Shown here piece by piece: positions 28,598 through 38,835 of a stretch of 64,000 bases of DNA. This DNA is from a virus. Its lineage: Duplodnaviria; Caudoviricetes. The notes below the pieces were generated by a model that saw only the letters and a program-made list of their open reading frames with translations, was not told the origin of the DNA and did not search any database. The DNA is taken from the IMG/VR virus record IMGVR_UViG_3300033075_001228. The stretch is one strand, 5' to 3'. Each line of letters opens with the position of its first letter. The first letter of the stretch is position 1. The position numbers were made by a program, and so were the translations under genes.

Positions 28598-28984
28598 ATG
28601 GCTGACGTTGATTTAAATGCATTAGGACAGGCGATTGACAGCACCTGGGGTAGGTCTTCTACCCCCAAGACTGCTTCATATTCTGTGAAGCTGACGATGC
28701 TTGCGCCTGACAGGCTGCAGCTGTCGTTTGCCGCGATCGTCAATTTTGCAAACGAAAAGCAGATGGTTGAGATGAAACGCGCCTATCAAGCAGAGGCTGA
28801 CGGCGTTGTTGCTGAGGTGATCAAGCGAGTCAAAGAGATCTACAAGGACCTGACAGGGTCTGCGCTAGCGTTGAAGCTGTCAAAAGAAAGCGTCAGCGAC
28901 TCTTTAGAGATCATCAACATGAACGCGCACAACGCCAAGCGGACTGCTTACTACAGGCGAAAGGCTGTGGTAGAGGTGGGCTGA
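28598..28984 (+). CDS. Hypothetical protein upstream of terminase
   Basis: GAGG SD and late motif upstream. Confidence 0.7.
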   Translation: MADVDLNALGQAIDSTWGRSSTPKTASYSVKLTMLAPDRLQLSFAAIVNFANEKQMVEMKRAYQAEADGVVAEVIKRVKEIYKDLTGSALALKLSKESVSDSLEIINMNAHNAKRTAYYRRKAVVEVG

Positions 28985-28985
28985 C

Positions 28986-30602
28986 ATGGGCAGCTCCACG
29001 TTTAACAGAGAAGATCAGATAAAGGAGATCGTTCGTTGCGGCAAGGACCCTGTCTACTTTATGAAGCGGTACGTGAGGATCCAGCACCCGACGCGCGGCA
29101 CGATCCCGTTTGACACATACCCATTTCAGGATGATTGTGTAGCAGCGTTTCAGGCTCACAGGTTAAACATAGTCTTAAAGTCACGTCAGCTAGGGTTGTC
29201 GACGGTTGGCTCAGCGTATGCTGTTTGGATGGCCATCTTCCAGAAGGACAAGAACATCTTGGTCATTGCAACCAAGCTGTCGACTGCCCAAAACTTCATC
29301 AAAAAATGCCAGGTCATCCTGCAAAACTTGCCCAAGTGGCTGCTGCTCCCGAGGTTTGAACCAAGCAAGCAGCAGATAAGCTTTAGCAATGGGTCGCAGA
29401 TCAAAGCAATCCCAACCTCTGACGACGCCGGCCGTTCCGAAGCGTTGTCGCTTCTCATCATTGATGAGGCAGCGTTCATTCGTGACTTTGATGAAATTTG
29501 GGCCGGCCTGTCGCCGACATTTTCCACGGGTGGTAGGGCAATCATCATGTCCACACCAAACGGCGTCGGTGGGCAGTATTACAAGCTGTGGACAGAGGCT
29601 GAGCTAGGACAAAACGGGTTTAACCCGATCAGGATCATGTGGCACCAACACCCTGAGCACGATCAGGAGTGGTTTGACAAGGAAACACGAAATCTCCCTA
29701 AGAAGAAAATAAGCCAGGAGTATTTGTGCGATTTCGTTGCTTCTGGCGACACATTTTTGCAGCCATCAGAGCTAGAGTCCCTTCGGAACAGCATCCAACA
29801 GCCGATGGAACGCCTTGGCGTCAAAAGGGAGATTTGGGTGTGGTCGCATCCAATCGTTGGGCACCAGTATGTCATATCAGCAGACGTGTCTCGCGGCGAT
29901 GCTCGTGACTTTTCAGCCTTTCACGTCATTGACGTGGACATGCGTGAGGTAGCAGCTGAGTACATGGGAAAGCTCCCACCGGAAAAGCTAGCTGACCTGC
30001 TGTTTGAGTGGGGGAAAAAGTACAATGATGCGCTCATCATCCCTGAGAACAACACGTTTGGTTACTTCGTAAACACCAAGCTTAGGGACACGGGGTACAA
30101 ACGGCTCTATTACCAGAACTGTAAAGGAGATCCGTTTACCTATATCCCCACAGATCCAGAAGAGCTGCCAGGGTTTCAAACAAATCCCAAGTCACGCGTG
30201 CAGGTGTTGACGAAGCTAGAGGAGATGATACGAAACGGCGCGCTTAAGACGTATTCTCAAAGGCTGTATGACCAGCTTCAGGCGTTTGTGTGGCAAGGCA
30301 ACAAGCCGATGGCATTGAAGGACAGCTATGACGACCTTGTCATCAGCCTTGCAATCGGCACATGGCTGCTTGAGGGTGCAAACGGCGCAAACCAGCAGCA
30401 ACAAAACATGGCATATGCCATGTTGAAGGCGACCGGGGTCTCGAGGCGTGACCAGTCGCAGATGCCCGGAGACATCATGGCTGCGCAGCCGCTAGTAAAC
30501 CCGCAGATCAGGGGAGTCAACCCACGAACGCTCCATAGGCCGCAGCACGCCTCCCAGGTGAGGTCAGCAGATCATTCCAACTTTGACTGGTTGTTCAGGT
30601 GA
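28986..30602 (+). CDS. Terminase large subunit (gp17-like)
   Basis: DPVYF, KSRQLGLST, IIDEAAF, STPNG, ISADVSRG, ENN, YDDLVIS. Confidence 0.95.
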   Translation: MGSSTFNREDQIKEIVRCGKDPVYFMKRYVRIQHPTRGTIPFDTYPFQDDCVAAFQAHRLNIVLKSRQLGLSTVGSAYAVWMAIFQKDKNILVIATKLSTAQNFIKKCQVILQNLPKWLLLPRFEPSKQQISFSNGSQIKAIPTSDDAGRSEALSLLIIDEAAFIRDFDEIWAGLSPTFSTGGRAIIMSTPNGVGGQYYKLWTEAELGQNGFNPIRIMWHQHPEHDQEWFDKETRNLPKKKISQEYLCDFVASGDTFLQPSELESLRNSIQQPMERLGVKREIWVWSHPIVGHQYVISADVSRGDARDFSAFHVIDVDMREVAAEYMGKLPPEKLADLLFEWGKKYNDALIIPENNTFGYFVNTKLRDTGYKRLYYQNCKGDPFTYIPTDPEELPGFQTNPKSRVQVLTKLEEMIRNGALKTYSQRLYDQLQAFVWQGNKPMALKDSYDDLVISLAIGTWLLEGANGANQQQQNMAYAMLKATGVSRRDQSQMPGDIMAAQPLVNPQIRGVNPRTLHRPQHASQVRSADHSNFDWLFR

Positions 30603-30609
30603 ATACTTA
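30603..30609 (+). promoter_or_regulatory. Representative copy of the putative late promoter MTAnTTA
   Basis: ATACTTA; other copies at 18748, 23579, 28573, 36841, 38824, 40008, 40876, 46531, 51556, 59795, 62613 and 326(-). Confidence 0.7.
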
Positions 30610-30627
30610 CAGACACAGAGGACGTTG

Positions 30628-31086
30628 ATGTCAAGAGCAAGCTTAAAGATCGAAGACCTAAGGCGCATGATCAAGGAAGAGATGGCTACGATTCACGAGC
30701 AGGTCGACCATGCTGCCATCCGCGACATTGTAAATGATGCACAGAAGCTGTTGTCTGCTGTAGAAACGTTCAAGCAGTCGGCTCCTGCGTCTGCCATCAA
30801 CGCAGTCACGCCTCACATTGACAAGCTGGAGCAGGTGTTGGAGGACATGCTCAACACACCAGCTTCTTACGTAACCAAGCCAAAGGTTGAACCGAAGAAG
30901 GTGTCGTTGCGCCCGGTGAAGCAGGAGGGTAGGATTCGTGCTCGCAGTCGCTTTGAAATGTATGAACACGGTGATCAGTGCCCAGAGTGTGGTGGCACAA
31001 TCATTTCTAAGCATGGGCAGTTTGAGCACCTGAAGTGTCGTGATTGCGGGTACGTTCCACGCGATGATGCAGGTAGTGTGAAATAA
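30628..31086 (+). CDS. Hypothetical protein with putative capsid-targeting leader and C-terminal Zn ribbon
   Basis: LKIEDLRRMIKEEM..IHE; CPECGG..CRDCG; ATG after GAGG. Confidence 0.7.
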   Translation: MSRASLKIEDLRRMIKEEMATIHEQVDHAAIRDIVNDAQKLLSAVETFKQSAPASAINAVTPHIDKLEQVLEDMLNTPASYVTKPKVEPKKVSLRPVKQEGRIRARSRFEMYEHGDQCPECGGTIISKHGQFEHLKCRDCGYVPRDDAGSVK

Positions 31087-31165
31087 ATCTAAGGTGAGCA
31101 GCCTTCGCTCGATGATGTAAGGTTTGTGAGGGAGAGCCCAACTTGAAATAGAAGGGCTAAGCAAC

Positions 31166-34100
31166 ATGGCAAAAAAAGAACAAGGAAGCCTGTTTCGACG
31201 CCTGACCCGCCTTTTTCGTTCAGGCCCAGTAGTCAAACGTAAGATTCGCGGCGTCGACACGACGATCGCCGTGCCCGATAAGACAAAGTCGTCGGGCGCA
31301 CTGCTGTTTCAGAAGTCGACGTCTCCTACGTACGCGACCATCACGTCGAACGCTTACAACCTCTCAGAGCGCCTGATGAGGTATCAAGATTTTCAAGAAA
31401 TGGAATATTCACTAGCGAAATCTACGCTTATCGCTGTCCCGAACGGCTTTAAGACTATCGGTGAGCTAGCTGAAGAGTGCGCAGCTGATCCTGAAAAAAC
31501 GTTTATCGTATATGCATACGATCACAACGTTCAGAAAATCGTTCCTGCAATTGGAAAGCAAGCTAGGCAAACGTGCGTTGATCGTGCTTTCAAGGTGACG
31601 TTTGATAATGGTAAGGAAATTACAGCATCTGCAGAGCACAGATTGATGCTTCGTGACGGCACATACCGTCGCGTTGAGGATCTAAAACCTGGCGACGCCA
31701 TGATGCCCTTCTACAGGAAGGACCTGTTTGCAAACGCTGAAGAGGGCACAAAAGGCTACTCATGGGTCTACACAATGGACGACAGGTTCAAGGGTTGGAC
31801 CAAAGAACACCAGTTGATTGCTGAGTGGGTGGCTGGTCGGAAGCTGGCCGACGATGAGTGCGTGCATCACATCAACTTTGTCAAGTCTGACAATCGTCCT
31901 GAGAACCTCAGGATCATGTCGAAGTCAGACCACGACTCATACCATGCCGCTATCAACAACAGCGTTAAGTGGGCGCCTGAGAACCATGAATGGATCGAGG
32001 AGTTCAAGAAGAACCATGCGACTTGGATGCGCGATAACGCCCCGACCTCGCGACGCGATGTGACGTTTGCCAGGATTCTTGAAACAGCAGAACGTGTTGG
32101 TTTTAGCATGCCAGCAATTAGCTCTGCGCTAGACGTTACCTGGACGCTAATCTACGATCGTCTTGTTAGCAATGGATTTTCAACGTTTGAGAAATTTGTC
32201 AAAGCATACAGCGCAGGTCAACGAGAATCGAATCTTTCGCCAGGTAAACCTGGGCTTTTGACCCGTGATCTATCGATTGACCTAATCAAACGAAATTTGG
32301 TTGCTGACGACACTAAACGATCGTTGTGTGTAAAGCTTGGCTGCACAGTTAACGTTCTTGATAAGTTTCTTGATCGCCGTGCTCAGACCACATGGTCTAA
32401 GCTTCGAGCATCTCTTGGATTTAAGGATGAAGAATCGTCCATCGTTAAAAATGTCAGCCGCCGCGCCCGCTCAGGAGGCAGACCCAAAGGTTCAATAACG
32501 TCTGGGATTACTTTTCAGCACGTTTGTAATGCATATACGCCAGGGTTGACCCGGGTTCGTCTTGCTAAAAAGCTAAAGACTAGTGCATCTGTTGTGATGC
32601 GTGCGTTAGGGGACGCTGGGTACAGGAAGTACAGCGTTTTTCAGAAAACTTACGATAACTGCAAGGTTGTCTCTGTCGAGTACGTCGGAGAGATGCCTCT
32701 CTATGACCTGACAGTCGACGGTTACAAGAACTTTGCAACCGACAGCGTGATCTCGCACAACACCCCTGAGATCGCTGCGGCCCTCGACATCTATGCAGAC
32801 GAGACTTGGGCGCAGGACGAAAAGGGAAGGGCGCTTCACGTATACTCTGACAACGAGAAGATCAAGGAGGTGCTTGAGGACCTCTTTTACAACACATTAA
32901 ACGTAGAGTTCGCCGGCCGGTCGTGGGTAAGAAACCTCGTCAAGTATGGCGATTTCTTTCTTTTCAACGATATCTCGCCTGAGTATGGCGTTGTCAATGC
33001 GTTTCCTGTGCCGGTCAACGAGATCGAGCGCGAGGAGAACTTTGATCGCGACGATCCGTTTGCTGTCCGCTACCGTTGGGTGACGCTCGGCAACAGGACC
33101 CTAGAGAACTGGGAGATCACGCATTTCAGGCTGCTAGGCAACGACATGTTCCTGCCATACGGTTCTTCGATCATCGAGCCCGCTCGCCGCATCTGGCGCC
33201 AGCTGATCCTGATCGAGGACGCGATGTTGGTGTATCGAGTCGTTAGGGCGCCAGAACGTAGGGTGTTCTACATTGACGTTGCCAACGTGCCGCCTGAGAA
33301 CGTGCCGATGTATGTCGAGGAGCAACGTAGGAACCTACGTACAAACCAGGTCATCGACAACCAGTCGGGTCGCGTTGACCTAAGGTATAACCCGCTTCCT
33401 ATTCACAAGGATACCCCAATTCCGTTGCTTGATGGTACTACGATGACGATCGAAGCGTTGTCGAGGAAGATGAACGAGGAAGTTGGTTGGGTTCCGTGGG
33501 TTTACTCGGTGCAGGATAAAACTCAAAAGCTGGTTCCAGGTAAGGTTATTTGGTGTGGGAAGAACTACACTGCAACAACCTTGATCAAGGTTTGGCTTGA
33601 CGACGGTTCATATGTTACCACAGCACCTGAGCATCCATTCGTTATGCGTGATGGTTCAGCGAAACGAGCTGATGGGTTGTTGGTTGGTGACAGTCTGATG
33701 TCAGCGTACCGTGACCTGAATAATCGCGGTTATGAACGTATTATTGAACCTTCTGGTGACCGCATTTCAACGCATGTTATGGTCGCTCGGGATGTTTATG
33801 CAGAAAAATGGTCAATGACTGACCAACCCGTTGTTCATCACAAGCATCCTGAACAGAAGGAGACGAATAAGCGCAATAATTCACCTGATAACCTTGAGGT
33901 CATGAACTTTTGGGAACACAAAAAGATGCATGCCGAGCACTGTGAGCTGACACTCAATACCCCTGAACGTTTAGCTGTTCGAGCGGTGCAGATGGCAGAA
34001 TACAACAGGTCGGCGCAGCACCGCGCTCGTACAATCGAAATCAATAAGCGTGATCGCAAGGCTGAGCGTATGGGTGAGGCATACAACGGAACAGACCTTC

Positions 34101-36823
34101 ATAAAGCACATAATGAAAATCGTCGACAGGGTCAGCATAAGTCATGGGATGCCAACAAAGCCAAGCGCTCTGAGGCAATGCAATGGATCATTCCTAATGA
34201 GGTCGTGGGGTTTGCGTTCGAAGCGATCAAAGCAAACCCAAAGATTGGTCGTGAAGAATTGACGAGCGCAATTAGGAATGACGCTAGCATGTGTTCCTTG
34301 CTAAAACAGGCAAACGCTCAGAACAATCGTTCGTTGCTGCGATTTCACGTCAATGCGATTGTTTCAAAGCTTGTTCGAACTAAGTGCATTCCAGATTCAA
34401 ATTACAGAACATTTCGTCAGTTCGCTGCGAATAATTCACCCCCCGTTAATCACCAGGTTGTTAAGGTTGAAATTCTTGAAAATGTTTCAGATGATGTCTA
34501 TTGCATGACTGTTGTCGGTCCTAACCATGAAGACGATCGACACAATTTTGCAGTTAATGGATTGGGTGGGGAAATACCAGACAACCAATTGAAATCATTA
34601 GTTTTTGTGTGGAACTCGGTTGATGAGGACTACTTCATCCCTGTTCGTGGCAGCGACACCGGGACAAGGATCGACACCTTGGCTGGCGGCCAGAACACGG
34701 CAGCCGTTGAGGACGTAGCATACATCCAGAAGAAGCTTTTTGCAGCGCTTAAGATCCCTAGGGCTTACCTTGGATATGATGAATTGTTGAGCTGCCTTAC
34801 AGCTGACGCTAAAGTGCCATTGTTGTCCGGAGAATCGGTGGGTGTTCATGATTTGGCCCAGCTCGATTGGTCTAAGAAACAAGATGTTTGGGTATACTCA
34901 GCTGATCCAACGACTGGCTGCATTGTCCCTGGACGTGTAACAAGAGCGTGGTTGACACGTGAGACGAATGAACTATATGACGTTGTCATTGATGACGGCG
35001 GCTGTGTTCGTGTAACCGCTAACCATCCATTCCTGTGTCGTGATGGCGTCTATCGTCGTGCAGATGAGCTAACTCCAGGCCAAAGCTTGATGCCTCTTTA
35101 CAGAAAACTGTCTTCCTTGGACGATGGCGATTTTCAAAATGGGTATGAAAAGGTGTTGGATAACGAGTCTGGGTCGTGGGTCTACACGCATCGTTTGGTT
35201 GCTAACGCGGGGCTTGTGGCTGATGATTCTTCACGCCTGAACGAACATTCATACGTAGTTCATCATGTAAACCACAACAAACGCGATAACTCTCCTAACA
35301 ACCTCATCAAGATGGGTAAGAGGGCTCACGCGCTGTACCATGCCACGCAGGCGAAGAACCTGTTGGCTGACTATTCGCGTGATCGCCTGCGTGCTGTGAT
35401 GCGTACCGATCAGTACAAGGCAAAACATAAGGTTGGTGTGAAGCGAGCTTGGGACGTAGATGATGGTTCACGTCGGCTTAATGTTGCTATGAACAATGCT
35501 AAGCATAAGCAAAAAAACGTTGACCTTGCGGCGGCTCGCGCAGTTGCTAACACCTGTGAAAATCGAAATGAATTTTACAGAAAGATTGGGCTAACGTACA
35601 CTGGCTTCCGCAACGCCTGTAAGAGGCAAGGTGTTAACCACGGTGAGTGGCTCACTAGCGTTTTTGGAAACAAAAAGCTGGGTATCAAGCGAAATCATTG
35701 CGTTGTTTCGGTCACAAAGGTAGTGTTGGATAAACCGGTGCCTGTGTACGACCTCGAGGTTGAAAATTGGCACAACTTTGCAGTTGACACAGGCGTCGCA
35801 GGTGGATCAATTATAGTCCACAACAGCAAGGCGACGTTGGCTCAAGAAGATATTCGTTTTTCTCGAACCATCAATGTCATCCAACGAACGATGCTGGCTG
35901 AGCTCAACAAGCTGGCGATCATTCATCTTTATGCGCACGGCTACGACGGCGAAGACCTTCAAAACTTTACGTTGCGGCTGTCGAACCCATCATCCGTCGC
36001 GCAGCAGCAGAAGCTTGAGCTGTGGAGGGCAAAGTTTGAGATCGCTGGCTCCCGTCCAGAGGGCGTTGTTTCAAACGAGTTTATCATGAAAGAAATCTGG
36101 AACCTTGACGACGACAAGATCCAGAAGATCATGCAGCAGCAGATCGATGAAAAGATCTTTGCAACCAAGCTTGAGTCAGCTGGAGCCGGCGGAGAAGGAG
36201 AGGCAGGCGGCGGAGAAGATTTGTTTGGTGGTGATCTAGGCGGCGCGGGCGGCGGCGGCGAGGCCGGAGAGGTGACGCCCGAAGAAACTGGCGGAGGTGA
36301 AGAAGAAACTCCACCTGAAGAAAATGCGGGGGAAGAGCCTGAAGAAGAAGCTGACCCCGGCGTCCAGCTTTTGACGTCAGGTGACGAGGAAGACGATCGA
36401 TTTCTTCAGCTCGCTAGCGACAATGATGGGCCAGCGATCAAGCCACAGAACCAGCTGGATAAAGCTCTTTACAACAGAGGCCGCCGTCGCACCCACGGCG
36501 CATCTAAGACGCATTTTCCTGACTTCGTCAAGATGACAGGCAACGATAGCGAGTCAATGAAGGACCCGACAGACAGCGGCTGGATGAAATCGGTCGTCAG
36601 CAACCCGTTAGGCGAGTCATACGCTGATAGGCCATCATCGCGGTTTAACGGCCTGTCTCCTGACATGTATGCAACGTTACGAAAGATGTCAGAGAAGCTT
36701 GGCATCGTTAACAAGCGTTCATCTGTGTTGTCAGAAGGAGTTGACGTACAAGATGAGATTGACGTTAGCCTAAAAGACGATGAAACTGATCTTGGCGACG
36801 ACTGGGATATCTCCGATGAGTAG
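31166..36823 (+). CDS. Portal protein (gp20-like) precursor with three inteins; about 684 aa after splicing
   Basis: Extein motifs PEIAAALDIYADE, IEDAMLVYRVVRAPERRVFYIDV, EDYFIP, LFAALKIP, QEDIRF. Confidence 0.95.
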   Translation: MAKKEQGSLFRRLTRLFRSGPVVKRKIRGVDTTIAVPDKTKSSGALLFQKSTSPTYATITSNAYNLSERLMRYQDFQEMEYSLAKSTLIAVPNGFKTIGELAEECAADPEKTFIVYAYDHNVQKIVPAIGKQARQTCVDRAFKVTFDNGKEITASAEHRLMLRDGTYRRVEDLKPGDAMMPFYRKDLFANAEEGTKGYSWVYTMDDRFKGWTKEHQLIAEWVAGRKLADDECVHHINFVKSDNRPENLRIMSKSDHDSYHAAINNSVKWAPENHEWIEEFKKNHATWMRDNAPTSRRDVTFARILETAERVGFSMPAISSALDVTWTLIYDRLVSNGFSTFEKFVKAYSAGQRESNLSPGKPGLLTRDLSIDLIKRNLVADDTKRSLCVKLGCTVNVLDKFLDRRAQTTWSKLRASLGFKDEESSIVKNVSRRARSGGRPKGSITSGITFQHVCNAYTPGLTRVRLAKKLKTSASVVMRALGDAGYRKYSVFQKTYDNCKVVSVEYVGEMPLYDLTVDGYKNFATDSVISHNTPEIAAALDIYADETWAQDEKGRALHVYSDNEKIKEVLEDLFYNTLNVEFAGRSWVRNLVKYGDFFLFNDISPEYGVVNAFPVPVNEIEREENFDRDDPFAVRYRWVTLGNRTLENWEITHFRLLGNDMFLPYGSSIIEPARRIWRQLILIEDAMLVYRVVRAPERRVFYIDVANVPPENVPMYVEEQRRNLRTNQVIDNQSGRVDLRYNPLPIHKDTPIPLLDGTTMTIEALSRKMNEEVGWVPWVYSVQDKTQKLVPGKVIWCGKNYTATTLIKVWLDDGSYVTTAPEHPFVMRDGSAKRADGLLVGDSLMSAYRDLNNRGYERIIEPSGDRISTHVMVARDVYAEKWSMTDQPVVHHKHPEQKETNKRNNSPDNLEVMNFWEHKKMHAEHCELTLNTPERLAVRAVQMAEYNRSAQHRARTIEINKRDRKAERMGEAYNGTDLHKAHNENRRQGQHKSWDANKAKRSEAMQWIIPNEVVGFAFEAIKANPKIGREELTSAIRNDASMCSLLKQANAQNNRSLLRFHVNAIVSKLVRTKCIPDSNYRTFRQFAANNSPPVNHQVVKVEILENVSDDVYCMTVVGPNHEDDRHNFAVNGLGGEIPDNQLKSLVFVWNSVDEDYFIPVRGSDTGTRIDTLAGGQNTAAVEDVAYIQKKLFAALKIPRAYLGYDELLSCLTADAKVPLLSGESVGVHDLAQLDWSKKQDVWVYSADPTTGCIVPGRVTRAWLTRETNELYDVVIDDGGCVRVTANHPFLCRDGVYRRADELTPGQSLMPLYRKLSSLDDGDFQNGYEKVLDNESGSWVYTHRLVANAGLVADDSSRLNEHSYVVHHVNHNKRDNSPNNLIKMGKRAHALYHATQAKNLLADYSRDRLRAVMRTDQYKAKHKVGVKRAWDVDDGSRRLNVAMNNAKHKQKNVDLAAARAVANTCENRNEFYRKIGLTYTGFRNACKRQGVNHGEWLTSVFGNKKLGIKRNHCVVSVTKVVLDKPVPVYDLEVENWHNFAVDTGVAGGSIIVHNSKATLAQEDIRFSRTINVIQRTMLAELNKLAIIHLYAHGYDGEDLQNFTLRLSNPSSVAQQQKLELWRAKFEIAGSRPEGVVSNEFIMKEIWNLDDDKIQKIMQQQIDEKIFATKLESAGAGGEGEAGGGEDLFGGDLGGAGGGGEAGEVTPEETGGGEEETPPEENAGEEPEEEADPGVQLLTSGDEEDDRFLQLASDNDGPAIKPQNQLDKALYNRGRRRTHGASKTHFPDFVKMTGNDSESMKDPTDSGWMKSVVSNPLGESYADRPSSRFNGLSPDMYATLRKMSEKLGIVNKRSSVLSEGVDVQDEIDVSLKDDETDLGDDWDISDE
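31409..32761 (+). mobile_element. Portal intein 1 (451 aa, Ser1, HNH endonuclease)
   Basis: EMEY|SLAKST...ASAEHRL..VHHINFVKSDNRPENL..LYDLTVDGYKNF..ISHN|TPEIA. Confidence 0.9.
33398..34615 (+). mobile_element. Portal intein 2 (406 aa, Pro1, block-F Cys, Trp-Asn end, HNH endonuclease)
   Basis: RYNPL|PIHKDTPIPLLDG...TAPEHPF..VVHHKH..NNSPDNL..VYCMTV..HNFAV..VFVWN|SVDEDYF. Confidence 0.88.
34793..35824 (+). mobile_element. Portal intein 3 (344 aa, Cys1, HNH endonuclease)
   Basis: DELLS|CLTADAK...TANHPF..VVHHVNHNKRDNSPNNL..VYDLEVENWHNF..IVHN|SKATLAQED. Confidence 0.92.
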
Positions 36824-36902
36824 TTACGTCATTATGATGCATAGTTACAGATGATTGACCAGGTGTTGTCGATTGAACTGTAACGCGAAGGGTTGACCAG
36901 TA

Positions 36903-37763
36903 ATGTCAAAGTCCCATAACAAAAAAAGAAACGTTGGGTTGCTATATGAGTTTTTGGTTGCGACCATCTCCCGAGCGCTTGTTGAAGGCGACCAGCGGCT
37001 ATCCTCTCGGGCGTTGCGCGTCCTAAAAAAGCACTTTAAGCCTGGCACGGAGCTGTACAAAGAGTTTCGTTTGGTCAATTCGCTTAGCCGTACGACTGTG
37101 ACAACCGAAGGAGTCGCGGTGTCAATCTTACGTGAGGCTAAACAAGCAGTAAGGTCACACGACGTTAAGGAGCTAGACAGGCAAAAGTCGCTCCTTATCA
37201 GGGACATCAATCACTTGATCAGGGACGAAAACTTTTACGACCAACACATCCAGGAATACAGAAGCCTGGCGACGATCCAGACGTTGATCAATGCCTGGCG
37301 TTCTGGCGATGACATTGGGGTCATTGCTGAGTATGAGGATCGCCTTGCGCGTCACCTGCTTGCTGAAAAAACGCCTCGCGTAGACACCCCGTTGTCAGAG
37401 ACATCGCCTGGCGAAAATAGGCTTTTGATGAAGGTGATGATGAAGAAGCTAAACGAGAAATACGCTGGTGTTCTTAACGAAATGCAGCGTTCTCTTGTTA
37501 GGGCTTACGCTTTCTCAACCGCAAACGACGACACTGTGACGATCAAGCTTAAGCTGGCAGAGGTAAAAACTGCGTTGCTAGAATCGATGGATGCGTTTGT
37601 GGCCAAAAATCCAGATAACGAATACGTTAACTCGAAGATGTCAGCGGCTCGTCAGCAGCTGCTTAACGAACAGATGGAATCAGTTGATGATGAAATGGTG
37701 GCTAGGTTTATGCTGTACGCCAGGCTAAACTCAGAGCTTTGCATGGAGGACGACAATGCTTGA
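36903..37763 (+). CDS. Head-module protein between portal and protease (possible prohead core component)
   Basis: 286 aa helical ORF; position in the head module. Confidence 0.65.
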   Translation: MSKSHNKKRNVGLLYEFLVATISRALVEGDQRLSSRALRVLKKHFKPGTELYKEFRLVNSLSRTTVTTEGVAVSILREAKQAVRSHDVKELDRQKSLLIRDINHLIRDENFYDQHIQEYRSLATIQTLINAWRSGDDIGVIAEYEDRLARHLLAEKTPRVDTPLSETSPGENRLLMKVMMKKLNEKYAGVLNEMQRSLVRAYAFSTANDDTVTIKLKLAEVKTALLESMDAFVAKNPDNEYVNSKMSAARQQLLNEQMESVDDEMVARFMLYARLNSELCMEDDNA

Positions 37764-38412
37764 AGCAAAAAACGATGTGAGGCTGCTAAGCTCTTGGGAG
37801 GTCTTTGACTACAACCTCGTCACAGAGGAGGTGTCGCCTGCACGCACCTTTAAGGACGAACGTGGGCAAAACGTAGATGTACCAGCGGTAAAAAAGTACA
37901 TCATGAAGGGGATCCTGCAGAAGGCGGACACCTTGAACCAAAACGGAAGGATCTATCCGCTGTCTGTGCTGGAGAGGGAGGTGAGGAACTACCAAAAGTT
38001 CATCATTGAGAACAGGGCGATGGGAGAGCTTGATCACCCTGACACCTCGGTCGTCAACCTGAAAAATGCTTCACACCTGGTCAAGGAAGCTTACATCAAA
38101 AACGGCACCGTGTACGGGACCGTTGAGATCCTCGACAAGACGCCGTCTGGAGCGATCCTTAAGGGGTTGATCGATTCTGGGGTAAAGCTCGGGATCAGCT
38201 CTAGGGGCGTTGGGTCGACTAAGAAGCAAGGCGAGTATTACGTTGTACAGGACGATTTCCAGCTGATCTGTTGGGATTTTGTATCGGAGCCATCAACCCC
38301 GGGAGCATTCATGCTCCCTGAAGGTAAGCAAATCAACGAAGTTGAATTGCGAAAGCTTCTTTCGAAGTCTGACAGGATCGATAGAACGCTGAATGAGATC
38401 TTGAGGAAGTGA
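37756..38412 (+). CDS. Prohead core protease (gp21-like)
   Basis: NQNGRIYP, GELDHP, LGISSRGVGS, DFVSEPSTPGA. Confidence 0.95.
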   Translation: MLEAKNDVRLLSSWEVFDYNLVTEEVSPARTFKDERGQNVDVPAVKKYIMKGILQKADTLNQNGRIYPLSVLEREVRNYQKFIIENRAMGELDHPDTSVVNLKNASHLVKEAYIKNGTVYGTVEILDKTPSGAILKGLIDSGVKLGISSRGVGSTKKQGEYYVVQDDFQLICWDFVSEPSTPGAFMLPEGKQINEVELRKLLSKSDRIDRTLNEILRK

Positions 38413-38416
38413 AAAC

Positions 38417-38818
38417 ATGACGCTTGACAATCAAAAAGGTGGAATCGGGTACGCGGCTGAGTTTCAGTCTTCAGCGTTGCCATACGTAACATCATCGACA
38501 GCTCCTGCCTCTGGATCACCGGTACGGTTTGATTTTCCTAAGGTGACGCGGTTTGTGACCGTTGCTAACCTTGGAACAACGACGCTTAGCTTTGGTTTTA
38601 CGCGTAACGGTCTTACGCTGAGCAGCAACAAGTATATCCTTAGCGGCAGCCAGGCTGTGACGCTGGAGCTGAGGGTAAAAGAGCTTTGGCTGCAAGGCGA
38701 AGGCGGCACCCCGCAGTACAGCCTTTGCGCTGGCCTGACAAACATCACTAGGGATGTGATGCCTGTGTTGTCAGGAACTCTTCCTGATGGAAATCCCGGG
38801 TGGCAGGGCGTAGGTTGA
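38417..38818 (+). CDS. Small putative virion protein
   Basis: 133 aa, beta-rich, SGS motifs. Confidence 0.6.
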   Translation: MTLDNQKGGIGYAAEFQSSALPYVTSSTAPASGSPVRFDFPKVTRFVTVANLGTTTLSFGFTRNGLTLSSNKYILSGSQAVTLELRVKELWLQGEGGTPQYSLCAGLTNITRDVMPVLSGTLPDGNPGWQGVG

Positions 38819-38835
38819 CGGATATACTTATCACT

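Noticed and set aside
28598-28984. Terminase small subunit
   Set aside because: Only position supports it; no recognisable motif
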